Shown piece by piece: positions 1 through 10,422 of a stretch of DNA of 64,000 nucleotides (position 1 is the first letter of the stretch; every line of letters starts with the position of its first letter). Source of the stretch: TPA_inf: Saccharomyces (taxonomy: Eukaryota); NCBI GenBank assembly GCA_000146045.2, contig BK006944.2:32001-96000 (forward strand). The letters run 5' to 3'. The notes beneath the pieces are model-generated. The model saw nothing but the letters and a program-made list of their open reading frames with translations, was not told the DNA's origin and did no database searches. The translations under genes and the position numbers were made by a program.

Positions 1-2107
1 TCCCATAGCTCCTTTTGATGTTTGCAAGCCAAGTTACGGAGTTGGCAAATTGTCTTAATGTAGGTTCAACAGTAGCCAAATTTCCGTAAGCTACGGTTAG
101 CCTATATGCGGCTTCTTCGCATTCTTGATACTCTTCCAATGGCCCATACTTGGTGTTGATGGCGTCAGCTACGATAGGCAAAAGTTCTAAATCAGAGTTC
201 CCTTTCGTGACGAGAGCTGAATAGTTGAAAATTAGTGTGGAAACTGCAATAGCCAAATTCTGTGACTGTTTAGCAGATGCCTGAGAAAATTCAGTATCTA
301 TAGTCTCAAAAATTGATTTATAAACTTGATTTGATTCCAGTAATTTCACACCCCAGTTTTCATTATTGAAGCAATTTACCAAAATACGCACAGTTAACAT
401 GGTTAGAGTGATATTCTTATTGCCCAAGCCTTCTTCGATGTAATCTTTTATATCTGAAGAATAAGGTAATTTTTTTACAATCAATCGTACTATGTCGTAT
501 GCAGGAGTCTTAATTTCCCAGTTAGATCTTATAGTGTTAGCAAATGAAAGTAGCAACTCCCAGCTTTCATCTATGTCATGTAGTGCGCCACCAATTTGCG
601 CCAGAATTTCATCATCAAAGGTCTTCTCATTTGAATTTATTTTTACTATTCCATTGAAAATAGTATCTGGGTTATAATTTTCCATGATAAGATACTGCTT
701 GACAGGAAGAACCTTCATTACGCTCGTTTTTGAAGGTGATACTGCAGAAGATGATGCATTATCGTTGGGCTGGTCTAGCGATATGCCATTAGTGTTCTTC
801 AGTATGAACTGTACTACTTGATCCCTATAACTCATTGGCAGTTCATAACGAGCCAAAAAATTGTCGGCTGCTGTATATGGGTTGTCGCTGACATTAATCG
901 GCAATTTCAAGGGAGGTTTTCCATCTTCAATATCCACATCAAATACGTAGTCATACGTTTTACCCTCGAATTCTATTTTTTTGTCGTTTCCAGTAGCACC
1001 TGCACCGACAACATCACCAACCTTTTTCCATGAAGAATTTGAAAATTGATGAGCTTCTATAGTACCTTGAGGTGATTTGACTACCACAATTTGACCCTCT
1101 TTGCGCCCCGGCGATTGTAAAATTTCATAAGGTGATAGTTTAGACTCATCAAATTCTATTGTCTTGGAACTTATAGTGGATTTTTCCACTTGCGTAGATA
1201 GTTCATTTATTTCATCCTCGGAAGCCCATCTTGACTTCTCTTGCGAAAATATTCTCACAAGATTATCACTACTTCCCACAATAATATCACCATTAGACAT
1301 ACAATCAACGGACCAAATAGAGATGGCAGGAAGTGTAATTACCTGCTTTAACGAACCATTTTCCTTTGACCATATACGGACTGTTCGGTCTTCGCCGCAG
1401 CTTACAATATCTCCATTGGGCAGCAGTTTAATGCAATAAACAAAGCTTTCATGGCCTTCATATGTTCTTAGTACGTCACCTGTATGCATATCAACCAACT
1501 TGATGAGGCCATCGTTTGAACAACTGATAAAATGGCCATCATCCACCACAGCTAAATGTCTTACTACATCATTGTGAATCCCACTGAAAGTTTTGATCAC
1601 TTTATCGTTTTGCCACAGTTTAATCGTCTTATCGGCGGAAGCTGTCAAGAATTTATTTTCTGAGAAGGATACGACTTTGGCATCCCATACAGAGGCATTG
1701 TGTGCTTGCAAATTGTAAACCAACGATCCTTCTTTCCAAACCTTTGCGGTTTTGTCCCAACTACCGCTTATCACAACACCATCTTGGAAGGATAAACTAC
1801 AAACGTTCCCTTGGTGGCCAATCAAGGTATACAAGGGATCCTCTCCTGAGGTGGCAAACAAGGGCACACCGTTGATCATAGTATCCTTACCTCCAAAAAG
1901 CAACAACTCCTTCTCGGAATCATAACACACACTATTTAAAAATCCTTGTCCTGTATAAACTACCGTACCGAGCCATTGGTCATCTTTAGACCACAAGCGA
2001 ACTGTTCCATCCCTCGAAACACTAGCAACCTTTGAATCATCCACAGCTACCACATCCCTGACGTCCTGATCGTGCCCTTTAAGTGTTGCACTCAATTGAT
2101 ATCCCAT
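1..2107 (-). CDS. DOA1: WD-repeat ubiquitin-binding protein Doa1/Ufd3; partial, with the C-terminal ~13 codons and stop lying before window position 1
   Basis: The reverse complement ending at 2107 reads ATG GGA TAT CAA TTG AGT GCA ACA CTT AAA GGG CAC GAT CAG GAC GTC, giving MGYQLSATLKGHDQDVRDVV, the Doa1 N-terminus. The minus-strand frame stays open to the window edge, which is why the ORF track has no entry. The plus-strand ORFs at 492-1439 are antisense artefacts. Confidence 0.85.
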   Translation of the reverse strand, partial: MGYQLSATLKGHDQDVRDVVAVDDSKVASVSRDGTVRLWSKDDQWLGTVVYTGQGFLNSVCYDSEKELLLFGGKDTMINGVPLFATSGEDPLYTLIGHQGNVCSLSFQDGVVISGSWDKTAKVWKEGSLVYNLQAHNASVWDAKVVSFSENKFLTASADKTIKLWQNDKVIKTFSGIHNDVVRHLAVVDDGHFISCSNDGLIKLVDMHTGDVLRTYEGHESFVYCIKLLPNGDIVSCGEDRTVRIWSKENGSLKQVITLPAISIWSVDCMSNGDIIVGSSDNLVRIFSQEKSRWASEDEINELSTQVEKSTISSKTIEFDESKLSPYEILQSPGRKEGQIVVVKSPQGTIEAHQFSNSSWKKVGDVVGAGATGNDKKIEFEGKTYDYVFDVDIEDGKPPLKLPINVSDNPYTAADNFLARYELPMSYRDQVVQFILKNTNGISLDQPNDNASSSAVSPSKTSVMKVLPVKQYLIMENYNPDTIFNGIVKINSNEKTFDDEILAQIGGALHDIDESWELLLSFANTIRSNWEIKTPAYDIVRLIVKKLPYSSDIKDYIEEGLGNKNITLTMLTVRILVNCFNNENWGVKLLESNQVYKSIFETIDTEFSQASAKQSQNLAIAVSTLIFNYSALVTKGNSDLELLPIVADAINTKYGPLEEYQECEEAAYRLTVAYGNLATVEPTLRQFANSVTWLANIKRSYG

Positions 2108-2542
2108 ACTCCAAATCTGCTGCTCTACACCTTACTATCACACATGAATATATATATATAAAATAAGCCAAGACAGTGGCCTTCCCTTATTATCAGCGTA
2201 CTAAAATCTCATATGATTTATTTTTCGTGGTCCTGAACGAGTGTGAAAAATTTTGAAAAACTCGCAAAGGAAATGCCAAGGTCAGCAACTTTCTCGACGT
2301 CCAAGCCTCGCTCCTATTGTTTTAGTAACCTGTAGACCTTCAATATTCAAGAGCTTGCACACGCACGCATTGCTGCACTACTGCTTACCCACACTACAAA
2401 TTTAATTCCAGCTTATTGAAGTTGAAAAGGCAAGGGAAAAATACCACAGGTTTAGATAAGGAAATAGGAGAAAGGATTAGAAACCATATCCCTATAACAG
2501 TAACGATAATATTTATATACACGTATATTTTCTCGTCTAGAT

Positions 2543-4414
2543 ATGACAGGTCCAATAGTGTACGTTCAAAATGCGGACGGTATCTTCTTCAAGCTTGCTG
2601 AGGGCAAAGGAACTAACGATGCTGTTATTCACTTGGCCAATCAAGATCAAGGTGTTCGGGTCCTTGGAGCAGAGGAATTTCCTGTGCAAGGTGAAGTAGT
2701 AAAGATTGCGTCCTTGATGGGGTTCATTAAGCTAAAGTTGAACAGGTATGCCATTATCGCAAATACTGTGGAAGAGACCGGTAGATTCAATGGCCACGTT
2801 TTCTATAGAGTGTTGCAACATTCTATCGTATCTACCAAGTTTAACTCGAGAATCGATTCTGAAGAAGCCGAATATATCAAGCTACTGGAGTTGCATTTGA
2901 AAAATTCCACCTTTTATTTTTCATACACATATGATTTAACAAATTCCTTACAAAGAAATGAAAAGGTTGGTCCTGCAGCCTCCTGGAAAACCGCTGATGA
3001 ACGATTCTTTTGGAACCATTACTTAACTGAAGATTTGAGAAACTTTGCTCATCAAGATCCTAGAATTGACTCCTTTATACAACCTGTTATCTATGGGTAT
3101 GCCAAGACAGTGGACGCCGTTTTGAATGCCACCCCTATCGTTCTTGGTTTGATTACCAGACGTAGTATATTTAGGGCGGGCACAAGATACTTCCGTCGTG
3201 GTGTTGACAAAGACGGTAACGTTGGCAATTTCAATGAAACTGAGCAAATTTTACTCGCTGAGAATCCAGAGAGTGAAAAAATACACGTTTTCTCCTTCTT
3301 ACAGACAAGAGGATCTGTGCCAATATACTGGGCTGAAATCAACAACTTGAAGTACAAGCCAAATCTTGTTCTTGGAGAAAACTCATTAGATGCGACAAAA
3401 AAGCATTTTGACCAGCAAAAGGAGTTATATGGCGACAACTACTTGGTTAACCTAGTCAACCAAAAGGGCCACGAACTACCCGTGAAAGAGGGCTATGAAT
3501 CAGTCGTGCACGCGCTAAACGATCCGAAGATTCACTACGTGTATTTTGACTTCCACCATGAATGTCGTAAGATGCAATGGCATAGAGTGAAATTGTTAAT
3601 TGATCACCTGGAGAAATTAGGTTTATCTAACGAAGATTTCTTCCACAAGGTCATAGACTCTAATGGTAACACCGTTGAAATTGTTAATGAGCAACATTCC
3701 GTTGTAAGAACAAACTGTATGGATTGTTTGGACAGAACAAATGTCGTTCAATCTGTTTTAGCCCAGTGGGTTTTGCAAAAGGAGTTTGAAAGTGCCGATG
3801 TCGTTGCTACTGGAAGCACTTGGGAAGACAACGCTCCATTGTTAACTTCTTACCAAAACTTATGGGCTGATAATGCAGATGCAGTTAGTGTGGCATATTC
3901 GGGCACTGGAGCTTTGAAGACCGATTTCACAAGAACCGGTAAGCGTACACGTCTAGGTGCATTCAACGATTTTTTGAATTCAGCATCACGTTATTACCAG
4001 AACAATTGGACTGATGGTCCAAGACAGGATTCATACGATTTATTCCTTGGTGGATTTAGACCACATACCGCTTCTATCAAGTCGCCATTCCCCGACAGAA
4101 GACCAGTGTATATTCAGCTGATCCCAATGATCATTTGCGCAGCCTTGACCGTTTTAGGTGCTACGATATTTTTTCCTAAAGATAGATTTACCAGCAGTAA
4201 GAATTTGCTGTATTTTGCAGGTGCGTCGATTGTCTTGGCGCTTTCAACCAAATTCATGTTTAAGAACGGTATTCAGTTTGTCAACTGGCCTAAGTTAGTA
4301 GACGTTGGGTTCTTGGTCGTTCATCAAACGCATGATAAAGAACAACAATTCAAAGGTTTGAAATATGCACAGAGTCCTAAATTTTCCAAGCCGGATCCTT
4401 TAAAAAGAGATTAA
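2543..4414 (+). CDS. SAC1: Phosphoinositide phosphatase Sac1 (Sac domain, CX5R catalytic motif, C-terminal TM segments)
   Basis: The 623-aa ORF contains NCMDCLDRTN (CX5R) and a C-terminal hydrophobic tail. Its length and its position between DOA1 and TRP3 match YKL212W. Confidence 0.95.
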   Translation: MTGPIVYVQNADGIFFKLAEGKGTNDAVIHLANQDQGVRVLGAEEFPVQGEVVKIASLMGFIKLKLNRYAIIANTVEETGRFNGHVFYRVLQHSIVSTKFNSRIDSEEAEYIKLLELHLKNSTFYFSYTYDLTNSLQRNEKVGPAASWKTADERFFWNHYLTEDLRNFAHQDPRIDSFIQPVIYGYAKTVDAVLNATPIVLGLITRRSIFRAGTRYFRRGVDKDGNVGNFNETEQILLAENPESEKIHVFSFLQTRGSVPIYWAEINNLKYKPNLVLGENSLDATKKHFDQQKELYGDNYLVNLVNQKGHELPVKEGYESVVHALNDPKIHYVYFDFHHECRKMQWHRVKLLIDHLEKLGLSNEDFFHKVIDSNGNTVEIVNEQHSVVRTNCMDCLDRTNVVQSVLAQWVLQKEFESADVVATGSTWEDNAPLLTSYQNLWADNADAVSVAYSGTGALKTDFTRTGKRTRLGAFNDFLNSASRYYQNNWTDGPRQDSYDLFLGGFRPHTASIKSPFPDRRPVYIQLIPMIICAALTVLGATIFFPKDRFTSSKNLLYFAGASIVLALSTKFMFKNGIQFVNWPKLVDVGFLVVHQTHDKEQQFKGLKYAQSPKFSKPDPLKRD

Positions 4415-4586
4415 TGAGTTCTATATGTGATAAAATGATGATTATTGTAAATCCAAAACGTAAAACCGAAAATATGATAAAAACGAGAAAAAAAGTAAGT
4501 TAAAAAATAAAAAAATAAAAAAATGAACGCCGGCCCCAGAGGGAAGAACAAGCTATTTATTTTCTTTTTTACTTTATCTTTCATGG

Positions 4587-4588
<2 letters not shown>

Positions 4589-4618
<30 letters not shown>
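4589..4618. repeat. (AT)15 microsatellite in the SAC1/TRP3 convergent 3' intergenic region
   Basis: Read directly. Confidence 0.95.
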
Positions 4619-4620
<2 letters not shown>

Positions 4621-4698
4621 TCTATAGGCTACTATACATGAAGGCGTTCGCCCTTACAACGTTAAGTTTTTTTCCCTATTGTACCGTGTAAGTTTCAA

Positions 4699-6153
4699 TT
4701 ATTCGCATAATTCATGAATGAACTTCTTCACATCGGTTGATTTCATTAGGGCTTCACCCACTAAAAATCCATGGACACCTTCTTTTTTGTATTTTTCAGC
4801 ATCGTCCCTGGTGGTAATTCCCGATAGAGCAATTAGAAGAACATCCTTTGGAATAGATTCTACCAAGTTACTGGTGGTATTTAGGTCTACGTTGAATGAA
4901 TGCAGGTCCCTATTATTGACACCTACAACTTTAGCACCAATTTCTAGAGCCCTTTGTAATTCCTCTTTGGAGTTCACCTCAACGAGAGGTTCCATGTTCA
5001 AATCTTTACTGTAGCTGTACAGTTCCTTCAATAAGGGTTGAGATAGCATCTTGACTATAAGAAGGACAGTGTCAGCTCCAGCTAATCTTGCTTCTAGTAT
5101 TTGATACTTGCTGAAAATAAATTCTTTTCTCAAAACACAAGGCCTCTCCTTGGGAGGAAATTTCAAATCTAGGATTTTCCTCACATTTACTAAATCCTGT
5201 AACGAACCGTGAAACCAATGAGGTTCGGTCAATACGGAAATTGCGGATGCACCAGCCTCTGCGTATTTGAGAGCCTGTTCAGCAGCAACAGCTTTTAAAC
5301 AAATGGGTCCCTTCGATGGAGAGGCACGCTTGACTTCAGCAAGAACAACGGCTCTTTTATGGGATGATGACAACACCGTGTAGAAATCCTGTAACGGTGG
5401 GGCAAGACCTAAATCATAGTTAGATTGTAAGTCTTGAAAGGTGAAACCTGGGATTTTAGACTGCTCATTGACGTCTATTTTACGCCGAGCATAGATACGG
5501 TCCAAAATAGAATTTGAAGGAGATGATTTGTTTTCCTCCCAAGTGCCTCCACTGACGTTTAAAATGTTCCTGATCATCAGATGACCTTCCTCGGTCAAGA
5601 TGGATTCCGGATGAAATTGCACACCTTCTACAGTGTACTTCTTGTGTCTTACACCCATGATAATTCCATTTTCGGTACTCGCAGTAACCTTCAAGCAGGA
5701 TGGTAGGGACGATTCTGTCCCGGCCAATGAATGGTATCTTGTCACAGCAATACCTTGCGGCACGTTCTTGAAAATTCCACAGTTGTCGTGAGAGATTGGG
5801 GACGTTTTACCGTGGACAATCTCACCAGCGTAGGCAACTTCACCACCAAATACGTCAAACATGCATTGCTGGCCCATACAGATTCCAAATACAGGAATTT
5901 TCCCAGTAAAGTACCGGATACAGTCTCTTGAAATGCCAGAATCTGTCTTTGGGTGGCCTGGTCCAGGCGAGATAAGCAATGTGTCGGGATTCAAGGCGGC
6001 AATTTCTGGAACTGTAATTGCATCGTTACGGTAGACGCTCACTTTGGCGCCCTCCTGGCACAAGTACTCGTAAACGTTCCAGGTAAAGGAATCGTAGTTG
6101 TCAATTAGAACCACATGCTTATTGATTGGGTTTGTTGCAGCGTGCACAGACAT
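4699..6153 (-). CDS. TRP3: Bifunctional anthranilate synthase component II (glutamine amidotransferase) / indole-3-glycerol-phosphate synthase
   Basis: 484 aa. The N-terminal GATase domain has the catalytic Cys in GICMGQQC and the C-terminal domain is IGPS. The length matches YKL211C. Confidence 0.95.
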
Positions 6154-6269
6154 TTTTTTCTTACTTTTATGGCGTTCTATGTAGAACCAAACAGATTTGG
6201 TAATGTGTTAATACTGACCAGCTCCTTGTCGAACTTTTTGCGTACCTTAATATCTGCTATAGATTAGAA

Positions 6270-6276
6270 TGAGTCA
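6270..6276. promoter_or_regulatory. Gcn4 response element TGAGTCA (GCRE) in the TRP3 promoter
   Basis: Perfect palindromic core ATGAGTCAA at 6269-6277, about 120 bp upstream of the TRP3 ATG on the minus strand. TRP3 is a general-amino-acid-control target. Confidence 0.55.
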
Positions 6277-6810
6277 ACGAGCCATTGATGATCATTCAAT
6301 GATTACTACAAGAGGCATTTTCCGTCGTCAGTGATATGAATAGCACGGTGAGGTCCAGAAGAGATAGTAGGAAGTTTAATACTGGCTCAAAGGCATACTT
6401 ATATCGACAAGCTAAGCGCAAATACTACTTTGTGGTACATCATCAGCATTGCTTTCGAGAAAACAGCATTTAAAATCAGCCATTTGCTGCGCTTTCTTTA
6501 AGCCCTAACAGAAAATAGTTCAAAAAGGCCTATAAGAAGCAAAAAAAGTGAAAAATACGAAAAAATACTCCAGCGGAGGAGTATAAAAGGGAGGAAAATA
6601 CAAAATGTAGTTGTGTTGTTACGCATCTCAAAGAAGAAAGAAGAAGAAGAAGAAGAGGACGTCGCACTTGCAAGCAAAAACAGCGACTGGCGCGAGAACA
6701 ACAAACACTAATGCATGTCTCTGTCCAGCAGGAAAAGCGAGCCTTAGTGTTTCTTATTTTCTCGTTCGCCTCACTAGTTTGTAGTAGGGTGGGAGAAACG
6801 ATGGAGTGGA

Positions 6811-6911
6811 TTGTATGATGAGGAACCAGATAGGGACAACAGATTCTCAAGTGACGAGGAACATCTTTTAAAGCCCAGTTTTTAGTAGAGCTTAGGGCGC
6901 CTTTACTGACT
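6811..6911 (+). ncRNA. SNR64: Box C/D snoRNA, most likely snR64 (about 101 nt)
   Basis: A C box ATGATGA lies at 6815-6821 and a D box CTGA at 6906-6909, about 85 nt apart. They are flanked by a perfect terminal inverted repeat, GTGGAT at 6806-6811 and ATCCAC at 6912-6917, which would form the terminal stem. An internal C'-like TGACGA is at about 6852 and a TATAAAAG about 220 bp upstream at about 6583. No protein-coding potential. The location between TRP3 and UBA1 is consistent with my recollection of where SNR64 lies on chr XI. Confidence 0.8.
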
Positions 6912-7033
6912 ATCCACTCCTTGTTAAGCTATGATCTTGTATTCATGTGATTGTAAATAATATTAGAGCTCTTTCTTGAATTGCCATTACGCTTCCATGC
7001 GGCATATTCTCGTGTAGTGTGACAAAAGGTGCG

Positions 7034-7042
7034 GGTGGCAAA
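7034..7042 (+). promoter_or_regulatory. PACE element (GGTGGCAAA, Rpn4 binding site) about 120 bp upstream of the UBA1 ATG
   Basis: Exact 9-mer GGTGGCAAA at 7034-7042. UBA1 is a ubiquitin-pathway gene of the Rpn4 regulon type. Confidence 0.5.
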
Positions 7043-7162
7043 TAAAGGTAAAAGAAAATGATCAAAAAGGGCCTTTAAGTAGGATGAGCAACCGCCAATC
7101 GCTGGATATAAGCAAACAAAAAGTAAGATTAGTAGCAAAGCAAAGAACATATAACTATAGCT

Positions 7163-10100
7163 ATGAGCAGCAATAATAGTGGTCTCTCTGCCGCCGGAGA
7201 AATCGATGAAAGTCTTTATTCTCGTCAACTTTATGTGTTGGGTAAGGAAGCAATGTTGAAAATGCAAACCTCCAACGTATTAATTCTCGGCTTGAAGGGG
7301 CTAGGTGTTGAGATAGCGAAGAACGTTGTGTTGGCAGGTGTCAAATCTATGACCGTTTTTGACCCTGAGCCGGTTCAATTGGCAGACTTATCAACCCAAT
7401 TCTTTTTGACCGAAAAGGATATTGGTCAAAAGAGAGGAGATGTGACCAGAGCCAAATTGGCAGAGTTGAACGCATATGTCCCGGTTAATGTGCTGGATTC
7501 CTTAGACGATGTTACCCAATTGAGTCAATTCCAGGTCGTTGTCGCTACGGACACTGTTTCTTTGGAAGATAAGGTGAAAATCAACGAATTTTGCCATTCC
7601 TCCGGTATTAGATTCATTTCCTCGGAGACAAGAGGGCTGTTTGGTAACACCTTCGTAGACCTAGGTGACGAGTTCACAGTGTTGGACCCAACGGGTGAAG
7701 AACCTCGCACTGGTATGGTTTCAGACATCGAGCCCGATGGAACAGTGACCATGCTAGATGATAACAGACACGGGTTGGAAGACGGAAATTTTGTCAGGTT
7801 CTCCGAAGTAGAAGGTCTTGATAAGTTGAATGATGGGACCCTTTTTAAAGTTGAGGTTTTGGGGCCCTTTGCATTCAGAATTGGTTCAGTCAAAGAATAT
7901 GGCGAGTATAAGAAGGGCGGTATCTTCACCGAAGTCAAAGTACCCCGTAAAATCTCATTCAAGTCTTTGAAACAACAACTGTCCAATCCTGAGTTTGTTT
8001 TTTCGGATTTTGCTAAATTTGACAGAGCTGCTCAATTGCATTTGGGATTTCAGGCTTTACATCAGTTTGCCGTTAGACATAATGGTGAACTGCCAAGAAC
8101 AATGAATGACGAAGACGCCAATGAATTAATCAAGTTGGTCACCGATTTGTCCGTTCAGCAACCGGAGGTTCTGGGTGAAGGTGTAGATGTTAATGAAGAT
8201 TTAATCAAAGAGCTTTCCTATCAGGCAAGAGGTGACATACCGGGTGTCGTAGCATTTTTCGGTGGCCTTGTGGCACAAGAAGTGTTAAAAGCATGTTCTG
8301 GTAAATTTACTCCGCTAAAGCAATTTATGTACTTTGATTCCTTGGAATCATTGCCAGATCCTAAAAACTTCCCAAGAAATGAGAAGACTACTCAGCCAGT
8401 AAACTCTCGTTACGATAATCAAATCGCGGTTTTCGGTTTGGATTTTCAGAAAAAGATTGCCAATTCAAAGGTCTTTCTTGTCGGATCTGGTGCCATTGGT
8501 TGTGAGATGTTGAAAAATTGGGCACTTTTGGGGCTTGGTTCTGGCTCCGACGGTTACATCGTTGTTACGGATAACGATTCGATCGAAAAGTCCAACTTAA
8601 ACCGTCAGTTCTTGTTTAGACCAAAGGATGTCGGAAAGAACAAATCTGAAGTAGCGGCAGAGGCCGTTTGTGCTATGAACCCCGATTTGAAGGGCAAGAT
8701 AAATGCTAAAATTGATAAAGTGGGGCCAGAAACTGAGGAAATATTTAATGACTCCTTTTGGGAAAGCCTGGATTTTGTCACCAACGCTCTAGACAATGTC
8801 GACGCAAGAACATACGTAGATCGCCGTTGTGTGTTTTATAGAAAACCACTGTTAGAATCTGGTACCCTAGGTACTAAAGGTAATACTCAAGTCATCATTC
8901 CAAGATTGACTGAATCATACTCTTCTTCTAGAGACCCACCAGAAAAGTCTATCCCATTGTGTACCCTACGTTCTTTCCCAAACAAGATTGATCACACCAT
9001 TGCCTGGGCCAAATCTCTTTTCCAAGGTTACTTCACTGATTCCGCCGAAAACGTTAATATGTACTTGACACAACCGAATTTCGTTGAGCAAACACTAAAG
9101 CAAAGCGGGGATGTCAAGGGAGTTCTAGAATCCATCTCAGATTCTCTATCTAGTAAACCACACAATTTTGAAGATTGTATCAAATGGGCAAGGTTAGAAT
9201 TTGAAAAAAAATTCAACCATGATATCAAGCAGTTACTGTTCAACTTCCCCAAGGATGCCAAGACTTCCAACGGTGAACCATTTTGGTCCGGTGCTAAGCG
9301 TGCTCCAACACCATTAGAGTTTGATATTTACAATAACGATCACTTCCATTTTGTCGTAGCAGGTGCTAGTTTACGCGCTTATAATTATGGTATTAAAAGT
9401 GATGACTCTAATTCTAAACCCAACGTGGACGAGTATAAGTCCGTCATCGATCATATGATAATTCCAGAATTTACTCCAAATGCCAATTTGAAAATTCAAG
9501 TTAATGACGATGATCCGGATCCAAATGCCAACGCGGCTAATGGCTCAGATGAAATTGATCAGCTGGTATCATCCCTACCAGATCCTTCTACTTTGGCTGG
9601 CTTTAAACTGGAGCCTGTAGATTTCGAGAAAGACGATGACACTAATCATCATATTGAATTTATAACGGCTTGTTCTAACTGTAGAGCTCAAAACTACTTC
9701 ATCGAAACTGCTGATCGCCAAAAGACCAAATTCATAGCTGGCCGTATTATTCCTGCCATCGCAACAACCACTTCTTTGGTTACTGGTTTGGTCAATTTGG
9801 AATTATATAAACTGATTGACAACAAGACAGATATTGAGCAATATAAGAATGGCTTTGTTAATTTAGCTTTGCCATTTTTCGGTTTTTCGGAACCAATTGC
9901 TTCACCAAAGGGAGAATATAACAACAAGAAATATGATAAAATTTGGGATAGATTTGATATCAAGGGAGATATTAAATTAAGTGATTTAATTGAACATTTT
10001 GAAAAAGATGAAGGGTTAGAAATAACAATGCTTTCTTATGGCGTTTCTCTTCTTTATGCCTCATTTTTCCCTCCAAAGAAATTGAAAGAAAGACTAAATC

Positions 10101-10237
10101 TACCAATAACTCAATTGGTTAAATTAGTGACTAAGAAAGATATTCCGGCACATGTATCTACAATGATTCTCGAAATTTGCGCAGATGACAAGGAAGGAGA
10201 GGATGTTGAAGTTCCTTTCATTACCATTCATCTATGA
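7163..10237 (+). CDS. UBA1: Ubiquitin-activating enzyme E1
   Basis: 1024 aa with two ThiF/MoeB adenylation repeats (GLGVEIAKN.. and [12 protein letters not shown]). The catalytic Cys context PLCTLRSFP is present. The length matches YKL210W. Confidence 0.97.
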
Positions 10238-10335
10238 GTAACTAATTAACCAAAATAAAAAAATAAATTAAATATATACATTAAATATGTATATATATAT
10301 GTATGACTTTTGACAACTTTTTCTTTGGTAAAAAC

Positions 10336-10365
<30 letters not shown>
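10336..10365. repeat. (TTA)10 microsatellite in the UBA1/STE6 convergent 3' intergenic region
   Basis: Perfect trinucleotide run read directly. It generates the poly-Asn artefact ORF at 10281-10526. Confidence 0.95.
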
Positions 10366-10369
<4 letters not shown>

Positions 10370-10422
10370 AGTCTCGAATATTTGAGTATGTTTTAGTTTT
10401 TTGTTTTATATTTTCTTTGGGT

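Noticed and set aside
492-1439. Three plus-strand ORFs of 61-91 aa at the window start.
   Set aside because: They lie antisense inside the minus-strand DOA1 coding sequence, which lacks a track entry only because it runs off the window edge.
6498-7267. Minus-strand ORFs of 68, 106 and 112 aa in the TRP3-UBA1 intergenic region.
   Set aside because: Their composition is low-complexity (poly-Ser/Leu) and they overlap the snR64 locus and the UBA1 promoter. They are better explained as noncoding sequence.
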